From NCBI GenBank assembly GCA_027310225.1, contig DAIDBG010000117.1, forward strand, positions 1 to 36,848: a stretch of DNA of 36,848 nt, in the 5' to 3' direction. Position 1 is the first letter of the stretch. Each line of letters opens with the position of its first letter. This stretch comes from a bacterium. GTDB lineage: Bacteria; Pseudomonadota; Gammaproteobacteria; Burkholderiales; SG8-41. The notes beneath the pieces were generated by a model that worked only from the letters and a program-made list of their open reading frames with translations, searched no databases and was not told the DNA's origin. A program made the position numbers and the translations under genes. This document shows, piece after piece, positions 1 through 8,126 of this stretch.

Positions 1-1452
1 GCCAACTGCTACACCGCCATCGAGCAGGGCGTGGAGGTGGTGCCGGTGCTGAACAAGATGGACCTGCCGCAGGCCGACCCCGACCGCGTGACCGGCGAAA
101 TCGAGGACATCATCGGCATTGCCGCGAAGGATGCGCTGCGGGTCAGCGCCAAGACCGGGGAAGGCGTCGCCGACATCCTGGAGGCCGTGATCACCCGCAT
201 TCCGCCGCCCGCGGGCGATCCGCAGCAGCCGCTCAAGGCGCTCATCATTGATTCCTGGTTCGACAACTACGTCGGCGTGGTGATGCTGGTCAGGGTGGTT
301 GACGGCGAGATCAAGCCGAAAGACCGCGTCCCCCTGATGTCCACCGGCGCCGCCTATTTCTGCGAGCAGGTCGGGGTATTCACGCCCAAGGCGAAAACCA
401 GGCAGGCGCTGGGAGCTGGCGAAGTGGGGTACGTCACCGCCGGCATCAAGGAGCTCAAAGCGGCGCGCGTCGGCGATACTCTCACGCTCGCAGGCCGCCC
501 CGCCGCCGGGGCGCTGCCCGGCTTCAAGGATATCAAGCCGCAGGTATTCGCCGGCCTTTATCCGGTGGATGCGAACGAATACGAGGCATTGCGCGATGCG
601 CTCGAAAAGCTGCACCTGAACGACGCCTCGCTGCGCTACGAGCCGGAGTCCTCCCAGGCGCTCGGGTTCGGCTTCCGCTGCGGGTTCCTGGGATTACTGC
701 ATCTGGACATCGTGCAGGAACGGCTCGAGCGCGAATACAACATGAGCCTAATCACGACCGCGCCCACGGTGGTCTACCAGGTGCTGCTGCGCGAGGGCAC
801 GGTGGTCGAGATCGAGAACCCTTCCCGACTGCCGGACCCGTCCAGAATCGCGGAGATCAGGGAGCCGATCATCACGGCCTCGATCCTCGTGCCGCACGAC
901 TACGTCGGGCCGGTGATCATGCTGTGCAATCAGAAGCGCGGCGTTCAGCGCAATATGCAGTACCTCGGCCGGCAGGTGATGCTTACCTACGAGCTGCCGC
1001 TGAACGAGGTCGTGATGGACTTCTTCGACAAGCTGAAATCCGTGTCGCGCGGTTCCGCGTCGCTCGATTACGATTTTCTCGAATACCGTGCGGGCGACCT
1101 GGCCCGGCTCGACATTCTCATCAACGGCGACCGGGTGGATGCGCTGTCGCTGATCGTGCACCGCGAGAACGCCCACCACCGCGGCCGGGAGCTGGCGGTC
1201 AGGATGCGCGAACTGATCCCGCGCCAGATGTTCGACGTCGCGGTGCAGGCCGCGATCGGCTCGCACATCATCGCCCGCGAGACGGTGAAGGCGCTGCGCA
1301 AGAACGTGCTTGCGAAGTGCTATGGCGGCGACATCACGCGCAAGAAGAAGCTGCTCGAGAAGCAGAAGGCCGGCAAGAAGCGCATGAAGCAGGTGGGCAG
1401 CGTCGAGATCCCGCAGGAGGCGTTTCTGGCCATCCTGCAAGTGGGGAAGTGA
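1..1452 (+). CDS. lepA: Elongation factor 4 (LepA), 5'-truncated by window edge
   Basis: Frame open from base 1 ([23 protein letters not shown]). [36 protein letters not shown] and EIPQEAF motifs; upstream of lepB. Confidence 0.98.
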   Translation, partial: ANCYTAIEQGVEVVPVLNKMDLPQADPDRVTGEIEDIIGIAAKDALRVSAKTGEGVADILEAVITRIPPPAGDPQQPLKALIIDSWFDNYVGVVMLVRVVDGEIKPKDRVPLMSTGAAYFCEQVGVFTPKAKTRQALGAGEVGYVTAGIKELKAARVGDTLTLAGRPAAGALPGFKDIKPQVFAGLYPVDANEYEALRDALEKLHLNDASLRYEPESSQALGFGFRCGFLGLLHLDIVQERLEREYNMSLITTAPTVVYQVLLREGTVVEIENPSRLPDPSRIAEIREPIITASILVPHDYVGPVIMLCNQKRGVQRNMQYLGRQVMLTYELPLNEVVMDFFDKLKSVSRGSASLDYDFLEYRAGDLARLDILINGDRVDALSLIVHRENAHHRGRELAVRMRELIPRQMFDVAVQAAIGSHIIARETVKALRKNVLAKCYGGDITRKKKLLEKQKAGKKRMKQVGSVEIPQEAFLAILQVGK

Positions 1453-1491
1453 CGGTAATCGGGTAATGGGTAATGACCCATAACCCATCAC
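1453..1491. repeat. Short heptamer-like repeat/inverted repeat (GGTAAT[C/G] x3, then ACCCAT x2)
   Basis: GGGTAATGGGT (1461-1471) pairs with ACCCATAACCC (1476-1486) with one mismatch. Confidence 0.6.
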
Positions 1492-1505
1492 GAAAAGGAT
1501 AAGAG

Positions 1506-2309
1506 GTGAATTTCGCGCTCATCATGTTCCTGCTGCTGATCGCCACCGGGGCGGTCTGGCTGCTCGATCACGTCTGGCTGAGGCAGCGCCGCGCGCCCGG
1601 CCGCCCCGAGCCGTGGTGGGTGGAGTACCCGAAGAGCTTCTTCCCGGTGATACTGGTGGTATTCCTGCTGCGCTCGTTCCTGGTCGAGCCGTTCAAGATT
1701 CCTTCCGGTTCCATGTTGCCGACCCTGCAGGTCGGCGATTTCATACTCGTCAACAAGTTCACGTACGGCATACGCCTGCCGATCGTCAATTTGAAGATCG
1801 CGGACATGAACCAGCCCCGGCGCGGGGAAATCATGGTGTTCCGTTACCCGGAAAACCCCTCGCTCGACTACATCAAGCGCGTGGTGGGGCTGCCGGGCGA
1901 CCGGATCACCTATCGCAACAAGCGCCTGTGGATCAACGACGAGGAAGTCAGGACGGTGCCGGACGGACAGTACAACTATGTCGAATCCGGATTGAATTTC
2001 GTCTCGGCGCAGCGCCTGAGTGAAACGCTGGGGGAGCAGCGGCATGCCATCCTCATACAACCGGAGGTGCCGAGCGTGCAGCTGTCGGGCGTACGATCGT
2101 TTCCCTTCCGCGATAATTGTGCCTACAATGAGACGGGTTTTCGCTGCACGGTGCCAGCCGGCCAATATTTCATGATGGGGGACAACCGGGACAGCAGCAG
2201 CGACAGCCGTTACTGGGGATTCGTGCCCGATGCCAACATCGTCGGCAAGGCGTTTCTGATCTGGTGGAATTTCGATGATCTCCGGCGGATCGGAAAATTC
2301 ATCAACTGA
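1506..2309 (+). CDS. lepB: Signal peptidase I
   Basis: EPFKIPSGSMLPTL (catalytic Ser), DYIKRVVGLPGD (Lys), GDNRDSSSDSRYWG; GTG start. Confidence 0.97.
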   Translation: MNFALIMFLLLIATGAVWLLDHVWLRQRRAPGRPEPWWVEYPKSFFPVILVVFLLRSFLVEPFKIPSGSMLPTLQVGDFILVNKFTYGIRLPIVNLKIADMNQPRRGEIMVFRYPENPSLDYIKRVVGLPGDRITYRNKRLWINDEEVRTVPDGQYNYVESGLNFVSAQRLSETLGEQRHAILIQPEVPSVQLSGVRSFPFRDNCAYNETGFRCTVPAGQYFMMGDNRDSSSDSRYWGFVPDANIVGKAFLIWWNFDDLRRIGKFIN

Positions 2310-2321
2310 AAAGGGTGAATC

Positions 2322-2681
2322 ATGATGAGACAAAAAGGCCTGACCCTGTCCGGGTTCGTGATGTGGCTGATCGTGCTGGCCTTCGCTGCGCTGCTCGGCT
2401 TCAAGCTCGGACCGCCCTATTTCGAGTTCTGGACGATACAGAAACAGCTGCAGGCGATCGCCGGCGAATCCGAAGTGCGCAGCGGCCAGCGGCGCGACGT
2501 CGAAAGCGCGTTCGTGCGGCGTTCCATGATCGAAGACATCAAGTCGGTCAAGCCGGCCGACCTTCAGATCGCGCGGGACGGTGATCAGGTGGTGATCAGC
2601 GCCGAATATACGGTTTGCGTGCCGGTCATTGCCAATATCAGGGCCTGCATGGACTTCAACCCGAGCTCCCGCAGGAGGTAG
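2322..2681 (+). CDS. DUF4845-type membrane-anchored protein
   Basis: RQKGLT plus hydrophobic N-terminus; usual position between lepB and rnc. Confidence 0.8.
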   Translation: MMRQKGLTLSGFVMWLIVLAFAALLGFKLGPPYFEFWTIQKQLQAIAGESEVRSGQRRDVESAFVRRSMIEDIKSVKPADLQIARDGDQVVISAEYTVCVPVIANIRACMDFNPSSRRR

Positions 2682-2708
2682 GGTGCGCGCCCGGCATCCG
2701 GCCGTCTG

Positions 2709-3380
2709 ATGGACCTCGGGGACTTCGCCCTCAGCATCGGTCACCGCTTCGCCGATCTAGAATTGCTGCGCCGCGCGCTGACGCACCGCAGCTACAGCGC
2801 GTCCCACAACGAGCGTCTCGAGTACCTCGGCGACAGCGTGGTCAACTGCGTCGTGGCGCTCGAGCTGTATCACAAGTTTCCCGGCCTTCCCGAGGGCGAG
2901 CTATCGCGGTTGCGCGCAAATCTGGTGAACCAGCAGTCGCTCGCCGCCAGCGCGCGGCAATTCGCGTTTGGAGAGCGGCTGCGGCTCGGTGAAGGGGAAC
3001 TCAGGAGCGGCGGGGCGCGGCGCCCGTCCATACTCGCCGACGCTGTGGAAGCGGTGATCGGCGCCGCTTTCCTCGACGGGGGCTTCGAGGCGGCGCGCAG
3101 GGTCGTGCAGGTTCTTCTGGGGGACGCTCTCGACGCCATTGATCCCGCCACCTTGGGCAAGGATCCCAAGACGTTACTGCAAGAATACCTTCAAGCACGC
3201 AGAATCCCGCTGCCGCAGTATTCGGTGGTGGGCACGCGAGGCGAAGCGCACGAGCAGCAGTTCCGGGTCGAATGCGTGATTTCCGACCTGAACATCCGGT
3301 CGCTGGGGGAAGGTACCAGCCGCCGCAGCGCAGAACAGGAAGCCGCGCGCCAGGCCTATGAACTCGCTACCCGCGCCTGA
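2709..3380 (+). CDS. rnc: Ribonuclease III
   Basis: ALTHRS, NERLEYLGD, ADAVEAVIGA; C-terminal dsRBD (DPKTLLQEYLQ). Confidence 0.97.
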   Translation: MDLGDFALSIGHRFADLELLRRALTHRSYSASHNERLEYLGDSVVNCVVALELYHKFPGLPEGELSRLRANLVNQQSLAASARQFAFGERLRLGEGELRSGGARRPSILADAVEAVIGAAFLDGGFEAARRVVQVLLGDALDAIDPATLGKDPKTLLQEYLQARRIPLPQYSVVGTRGEAHEQQFRVECVISDLNIRSLGEGTSRRSAEQEAARQAYELATRA

Positions 3381-4269
3381 CGGCGCTGAAGCGCACCGCG
3401 CCGGACACGTCGCGATCGTCGGTCGTCCCAACGTCGGCAAATCCACCCTGATCAATCGCCTCGTCGGCTGCAAGCTCAGCATCACCTCGAGCAAGCCGCA
3501 AACCACGCGCCAGCGCATTACCGGCATCGTGACGCGGCCCGACGCCCAGATCGTGTTCGTGGATACGCCCGGCTACCAGACCGGTCACCGATCGGCACTG
3601 AACCGCGCGATGAACCGCAGCGTGGCGGCAGGTCTGCAGGAGATGGATGCCGTCGTGTGGGTGGTGGAAGCGCTGAACTATGATGAGCGCGACCGCACCA
3701 TGGCTAGGCTGCTGCCGCGCGGGGTGCCGGTGGTGCTGGCGATCAACAAGACGGACCGGGTAAGAGACAAGGCGCTGCTGCTGCCGTTCATCCAGCGCCT
3801 TGCAGCCGTCCGCGAGTTTGCCGCCGTCATCCCGATCTCGGCGGCCAAAGGCACGCAGGTCGGCGAGCTGCTCGATGCGCTGGTGCCGCTGTTGCCGCCG
3901 GGGCTGCGGCTTTACGACGGGGACGAGATCACCACTGCGAGCGAGCGTTTCCTTGCCGCCGAGCTGCTGCGCGAGAAGCTGTTCCGCATGCTGGGCGAGG
4001 AGCTGCCGTATGCAACCGCCGTGGATGTCGAGCACTTCAGCCAGAGCGGTAACGTGCGCCACATACGGGCGGTGGTTCTGGTGGACAAGGAAGGACAGAA
4101 AACGATCGTAATCGGCAAAAAGGGCGGAAAACTCAAGGCAATCGCCACCAGAGCGCGCCTCGATATGGAGCGACTCTTCGGCGGCAGGGTATTCCTCGAG
4201 GTATGGGTCAGGGTGAGGCGCGGCTGGGCGGACAGCGAGGCAGCCCTCAAGCACCTGGGATTTGAATGA
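3358..4269 (+). CDS. era: GTPase Era
   Basis: GRPNVGKST, KPQTTR, DTPG, NKTD; KH domain (IVIGKKG). Confidence 0.97.
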   Translation: MNSLPAPDGAEAHRAGHVAIVGRPNVGKSTLINRLVGCKLSITSSKPQTTRQRITGIVTRPDAQIVFVDTPGYQTGHRSALNRAMNRSVAAGLQEMDAVVWVVEALNYDERDRTMARLLPRGVPVVLAINKTDRVRDKALLLPFIQRLAAVREFAAVIPISAAKGTQVGELLDALVPLLPPGLRLYDGDEITTASERFLAAELLREKLFRMLGEELPYATAVDVEHFSQSGNVRHIRAVVLVDKEGQKTIVIGKKGGKLKAIATRARLDMERLFGGRVFLEVWVRVRRGWADSEAALKHLGFE

Positions 4270-4272
4270 TCT

Positions 4273-5004
4273 ATGAGCGGCGCAGATAAGGCGCGAAAGG
4301 ATGCGCAGCCGGCGTTCGTGCTGCACAGCTATCCGTTCCGTGAAACCAGCCTGGTCGTGGAAGCGTTCACCCGCGATCACGGCCGCGTGGCGCTGGTTGC
4401 GCGCGGGGCACGCCGGCCGAAATCGGCGCTGCGCGGGGTGCTGTTGTCCTTCCAGCCGCTGCTGCTGTCGTGGACGGGAAAAACCGAGCTGCGCACGCTG
4501 ACCCGCGCGGAGTGGGACGGTTCGTATGCGCCGCTCAAGGGTCGGTTTTCGATCTGCGGTTTCTACCTGAACGAGTTGCTGCTGAAGCTGCTGCCGCGCG
4601 ACGATCCGCACGAGCGGCTGTTCGAGGCCTATCGGGGGACACTGCGGGCGCTTGGCGGCAGGCAGGAACACGAGGCGGTCCTGAGGCGGTTCGAAATCAG
4701 CCTGCTGCGCGAACTGGGATACGCAGTGACGCTCGATCATGATGTCGAGAGCAACGAGCCGGTCGCCGCGCAGCAGCGCTACGTTTACATCATCGAGCGC
4801 GGCCCGGTAGTCGCGACCGTTGATGCGCCGGGAAACGGGGTAGAATTGTCGGGGCAGACCCTGCTCGACATGCAGTCCGGCAACTTCGAGCGCAGCGTGA
4901 CGCAGCAGCAGAGCAAGGTGCTGATGCGCACGCTGATCAACCATTACCTCGGCAACCAGGTCCTGCACACGCGCCAGCTGCTGCGCGACCTCCGGGAATT
5001 ATGA
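4273..5004 (+). CDS. recO: DNA repair protein RecO
   Basis: [31 protein letters not shown]; follows era. Confidence 0.95.
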   Translation: MSGADKARKDAQPAFVLHSYPFRETSLVVEAFTRDHGRVALVARGARRPKSALRGVLLSFQPLLLSWTGKTELRTLTRAEWDGSYAPLKGRFSICGFYLNELLLKLLPRDDPHERLFEAYRGTLRALGGRQEHEAVLRRFEISLLRELGYAVTLDHDVESNEPVAAQQRYVYIIERGPVVATVDAPGNGVELSGQTLLDMQSGNFERSVTQQQSKVLMRTLINHYLGNQVLHTRQLLRDLREL

Positions 5005-5723
5005 TTCTTCTCGGCGTCAACATTGACCACGTGGCGACCCTGCGCCAGGCGCGCGGCACGTCCTATCCCAGTCCGGTGGAGGCGGCGCTGGCGGCGGAGG
5101 GCGCCGGCGCCGATCTCATTACCCTGCACCTGCGCGAGGACCGCAGGCACATCCAGGAACAGGACGTGGAAACCCTGCGCAGGGTGCTCAGGACGCGCAT
5201 GAATCTCGAGGCGGCCGTGACGCCGGAAACGATCGCGTTCGCGCGGCGCGTGAAGCCTCACGATGCGTGCCTGGTGCCGGAGCGGCGCGCCGAGCTCACC
5301 ACGGAGGGAGGGCTCGACGTCGCGCGCAACTTCGGACAGGTGCAGCGGGCCTGCCGCGATCTGAATGAGGCCGGTATCCGCGTCTCGCTGTTCATAGACG
5401 CCGACACTGCACAGATCGACGCGGCGCTGGGGACGGGCGCGCCGGTGGTCGAGCTGCATACCGGGCGCTATGCCGATGCCCGGGATGAGCGGGAACGTGT
5501 GCATGAGCTGGAGCGGATTCGCGCCGCGGCGGCCTACGCAGCCGGAAAAAGGCTGCACGTGAACGCCGGTCACGGCCTGAATTACGATAACGTGAAGCCG
5601 GTCGCTGCCATCCGGCAGATCCGCGAGCTGAACATCGGGCACGCCATCGTGGCGCGGTCGGTCTTCGTGGGGATCGCGCAGGCGGTGCGCGAGATGAAGG
5701 CGCTGGTCCTTTCCGCGCGATGA
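5001..5723 (+). CDS. pdxJ: Pyridoxine 5'-phosphate synthase
   Basis: [36 protein letters not shown]. Confidence 0.98.
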   Translation: MILLGVNIDHVATLRQARGTSYPSPVEAALAAEGAGADLITLHLREDRRHIQEQDVETLRRVLRTRMNLEAAVTPETIAFARRVKPHDACLVPERRAELTTEGGLDVARNFGQVQRACRDLNEAGIRVSLFIDADTAQIDAALGTGAPVVELHTGRYADARDERERVHELERIRAAAAYAAGKRLHVNAGHGLNYDNVKPVAAIRQIRELNIGHAIVARSVFVGIAQAVREMKALVLSAR

Positions 5724-6100
5724 TCTACGGCATCGGCATAGACGTGGTGGAACCGCAGCGCATCGCTCGACTCGTTGACCGGTACGGCGAGCGCCTCGCC
5801 CGTCGGATATTGACGCCTCTGGAGTGGCCCGGGTATCTCAGGACCAGGCGGCCGGCATTGTTCCTTGCCAACCGGTTTGCGGCAAAGGAGGCTTTTTCCA
5901 AGGCGATGGGCACGGGCTTCCGCTATCCGGTGACCTTGCAGTGCATCAGCGTTGTGCAGGATGCCGCCGGCAAGCCGGAATTTGCGTTTCACCCGAACCT
6001 GGAGCAGCTGGTCAGGAGCCGCGGCATCGTCAGCCATCATCTGACCATCAGCGACGAAGCCGCCCTGGCTTGCGCCTGCGTGGTCCTGGAATCCGCATGA
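5720..6100 (+). CDS. acpS: Holo-ACP synthase
   Basis: [28 protein letters not shown]. Confidence 0.96.
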   Translation: MIYGIGIDVVEPQRIARLVDRYGERLARRILTPLEWPGYLRTRRPALFLANRFAAKEAFSKAMGTGFRYPVTLQCISVVQDAAGKPEFAFHPNLEQLVRSRGIVSHHLTISDEAALACACVVLESA

Positions 6101-7161
6101 GCTCGAAAATGATGCCGCTCGGGCCGGTGATGCTCGATGCCGCCGGCACCGAGCTTGACGCGGAAGACCGCAGGCGGCTGGTCCATCCGCTTGCGGGCGG
6201 GGTGATCCTGTTTGCACGCAACTATGCGGATCGCGAGCAACTCGCTTGCCTGACCGCGGAAATCCATGCCTTGCGCAGCCCGCCGCTCATCATCGCCGTT
6301 GACCATGAAGGGGGTAGGGTGCAGCGCTTTCGCGATGGTTTCACCGCGATTCCGCCGATGCGCGAGCTGGGACGGGCATGGGACAGCAATCCCCAGCACG
6401 CCCGTCAGCTTGCGCAGGCGGTCGGCTTCGTACTGGCTGCGGAACTGCGCGTTCACGGAGTGGACCTGAGCCTGGCACCGGTGCTCGACGTTGACCACGG
6501 TGCGAGCAGCGTCATCGGCGATCGCGCCCTGCATTCCGATCCGCTGGCGATCGTGGATCTGGCGCAGGCATTGCTGCAGGGATTCAGGCACGCCGGAATG
6601 ATCGGGGTGGGCAAGCATTTTCCCGGGCACGGACACGTGCGGGCGGATTCTCACCTCGAAGTGCCGGTTGACGAACGGTCCTTCGCCGAGATCGAGGCGG
6701 CCGACCTCGTGCCGTTCCGGCGCCTGATCGGCGCGGGCCTCGGCGGCGTCATGCCGGCGCACGTGATCTATTCCAGGGTGGACAGCCGTCCCGCGGGCTT
6801 CTCGCCAGTGTGGCTCAAGGACGTGCTCCGCGGCCAGCTGGGATTCGACGGCGTGGTTTTCAGTGACGACCTCAGCATGGAGGGAGCGAGCGTCGCAGGC
6901 GGGGTGACGCAGCGCGCCCGGGCGGCGCTGGCGGCGGGCTGCGACATGGTCCTGGTATGCAATAACCCCCAAGCCGTTGACGAGCTGTTTGACGGCCTGG
7001 ATTACCCGATGCCTGCCGTGAGCCTGGCACGGCTCGCACGCATGCACGGGAGGCAAGGCGCTGAGAGCATGGTGAAGCTGCGCGAGGACGCGGGCTACGC
7101 CCGGGCGCTGCATGCCATCGCCGGCATCGGCGCGCGCGACGGCGAACTGCCGCTCAACTGA
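6097..7161 (+). CDS. nagZ: Beta-N-acetylhexosaminidase (GH3)
   Basis: AVDHEGGRVQR, KHFPGHG..DSH, FSDDLSM. ATG at 6097 overlaps the acpS stop (ATGA). Confidence 0.96.
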   Translation: MSSKMMPLGPVMLDAAGTELDAEDRRRLVHPLAGGVILFARNYADREQLACLTAEIHALRSPPLIIAVDHEGGRVQRFRDGFTAIPPMRELGRAWDSNPQHARQLAQAVGFVLAAELRVHGVDLSLAPVLDVDHGASSVIGDRALHSDPLAIVDLAQALLQGFRHAGMIGVGKHFPGHGHVRADSHLEVPVDERSFAEIEAADLVPFRRLIGAGLGGVMPAHVIYSRVDSRPAGFSPVWLKDVLRGQLGFDGVVFSDDLSMEGASVAGGVTQRARAALAAGCDMVLVCNNPQAVDELFDGLDYPMPAVSLARLARMHGRQGAESMVKLREDAGYARALHAIAGIGARDGELPLN

Positions 7162-7193
7162 CGAAATTCCGGGCCACCGTCCTGAATTTCCTT

Positions 7194-7229
7194 ATAGCAG
7201 CCTGTCGGCGCAAGCCCGCGGGCTGCTAT
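7194..7229. terminator. Hairpin between convergent nagZ and efp
   Basis: ATAGCAGCCTGT...GCGGGCTGCTAT stem with inner GGC-GCAA-GCC; no clear U-tract. Confidence 0.5.
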
Positions 7230-7792
7230 GCGCGCTCGATATACTCGCCGGTATCGGTATTGACCTTGATGCGCTCGCCTTCCATGACGAACTGGGGCAC
7301 CATGACGGTGAGCCCGGTTTCGGTCCTGGCGGGTTTGAAGGAGCCAGTCGCGGTTGCGCCCTTCAGGTTGGGCTCGGTTTCCACGATGGCTAGCGTCACG
7401 CTCGGCGGCAACTGCACGCCGATCGGGCGATCGTTGTGGAAATTGACCTGCACGTCGGTGCTGGGGAGAAGATAGCCTGCCTGTCCCTCGAGAAAGTCGG
7501 CGGGCAGCGTGAGCTGCTCGTAGCTCTCCTTGTCCATGAACACGTAGCCACTGCCGTCGTTATAGAGGTACTGCATGTCGCGCGGCTCGACGAATGCCCG
7601 TTCAATCTTGTCCTCCGTGCGGATGCGCTCGTTCTTCTTGGTCCCCGACTCGATGTCCTTCATTTCGACCTGCATGAAGGCCCCGCCACGGCCCCCCACG
7701 TGGACGTGATAGGACCTGAGCACGCGCCAGACGCGCTTGTCCCATTCGATCAGGTTGCCGGCACGGATTTCGGTTGCCAGAACTTTTGCCAT
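7226..7792 (-). CDS. efp: Elongation factor P with atypical loop (VGGRGG)
   Basis: EIRAG, QYLY.DG..YVFMD.ESYEQ, ETEP..KG.TA...FKPA..ETG.TV.VP.F...GE.IKV.T..GEY.ER. Confidence 0.93.
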   Translation of the reverse strand: MAKVLATEIRAGNLIEWDKRVWRVLRSYHVHVGGRGGAFMQVEMKDIESGTKKNERIRTEDKIERAFVEPRDMQYLYNDGSGYVFMDKESYEQLTLPADFLEGQAGYLLPSTDVQVNFHNDRPIGVQLPPSVTLAIVETEPNLKGATATGSFKPARTETGLTVMVPQFVMEGERIKVNTDTGEYIERA

Positions 7793-7947
7793 TTCCTTCG
7801 CTTCTCGAAAAGCGCGTCATTCTACATCAAGTGCCGGGCCCGCTGTCGAGCTTTTCGGAGTGGTGCCGCGGTTGCCCGCGCCTGGCGCGCCACCGGGACG
7901 AGGTGCGGTCGGGGCATCTGGATTAACACGCCGTCCCGTCGCCCCGT

Positions 7948-8040
7948 TCGGAACCATGCAGCCGCTATAATACCCGGACGAAACGCTTTACCCCGGAAGT
8001 GTTCCGGGACGTTTTCGCCGCCATCCGCGACTACTTCGCA
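7948..8040 (+). pseudogene. Remnant of a family-5-like uracil-DNA glycosylase C-terminus
   Basis: Translates SEPCSRYNTRTKRFTPEVFRDVFAAIRDYFA, resembling the UDG motif (Y)HCSRYNTxTxRLTxxMF; the rest of the gene is absent. Confidence 0.6.
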
Positions 8041-8126
8041 TGCAGTACGTCAACATCCGCATTGCCGGCAATTTCGCGCGCGAGCAGGAGCGGAAAGCAG
8101 GCTGTCAGCTCCCGGCTGACAGCTGA
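8040..8126 (+). pseudogene. Remnant of a 4-oxalocrotonate tautomerase-family gene (28-aa ORF)
   Basis: MQYVNIRIAGNFAREQE resembles MPYVNIRxAGxxxxEQK; catalytic Pro appears as Gln (CAG); truncated; stop overlaps the uvrC ATG. Confidence 0.5.

Noticed and set aside
8102-8122. Possible LexA box (CTGT...ACAG) before uvrC
   Set aside because: Spacer is 13 nt, not 8; better explained as a hairpin.
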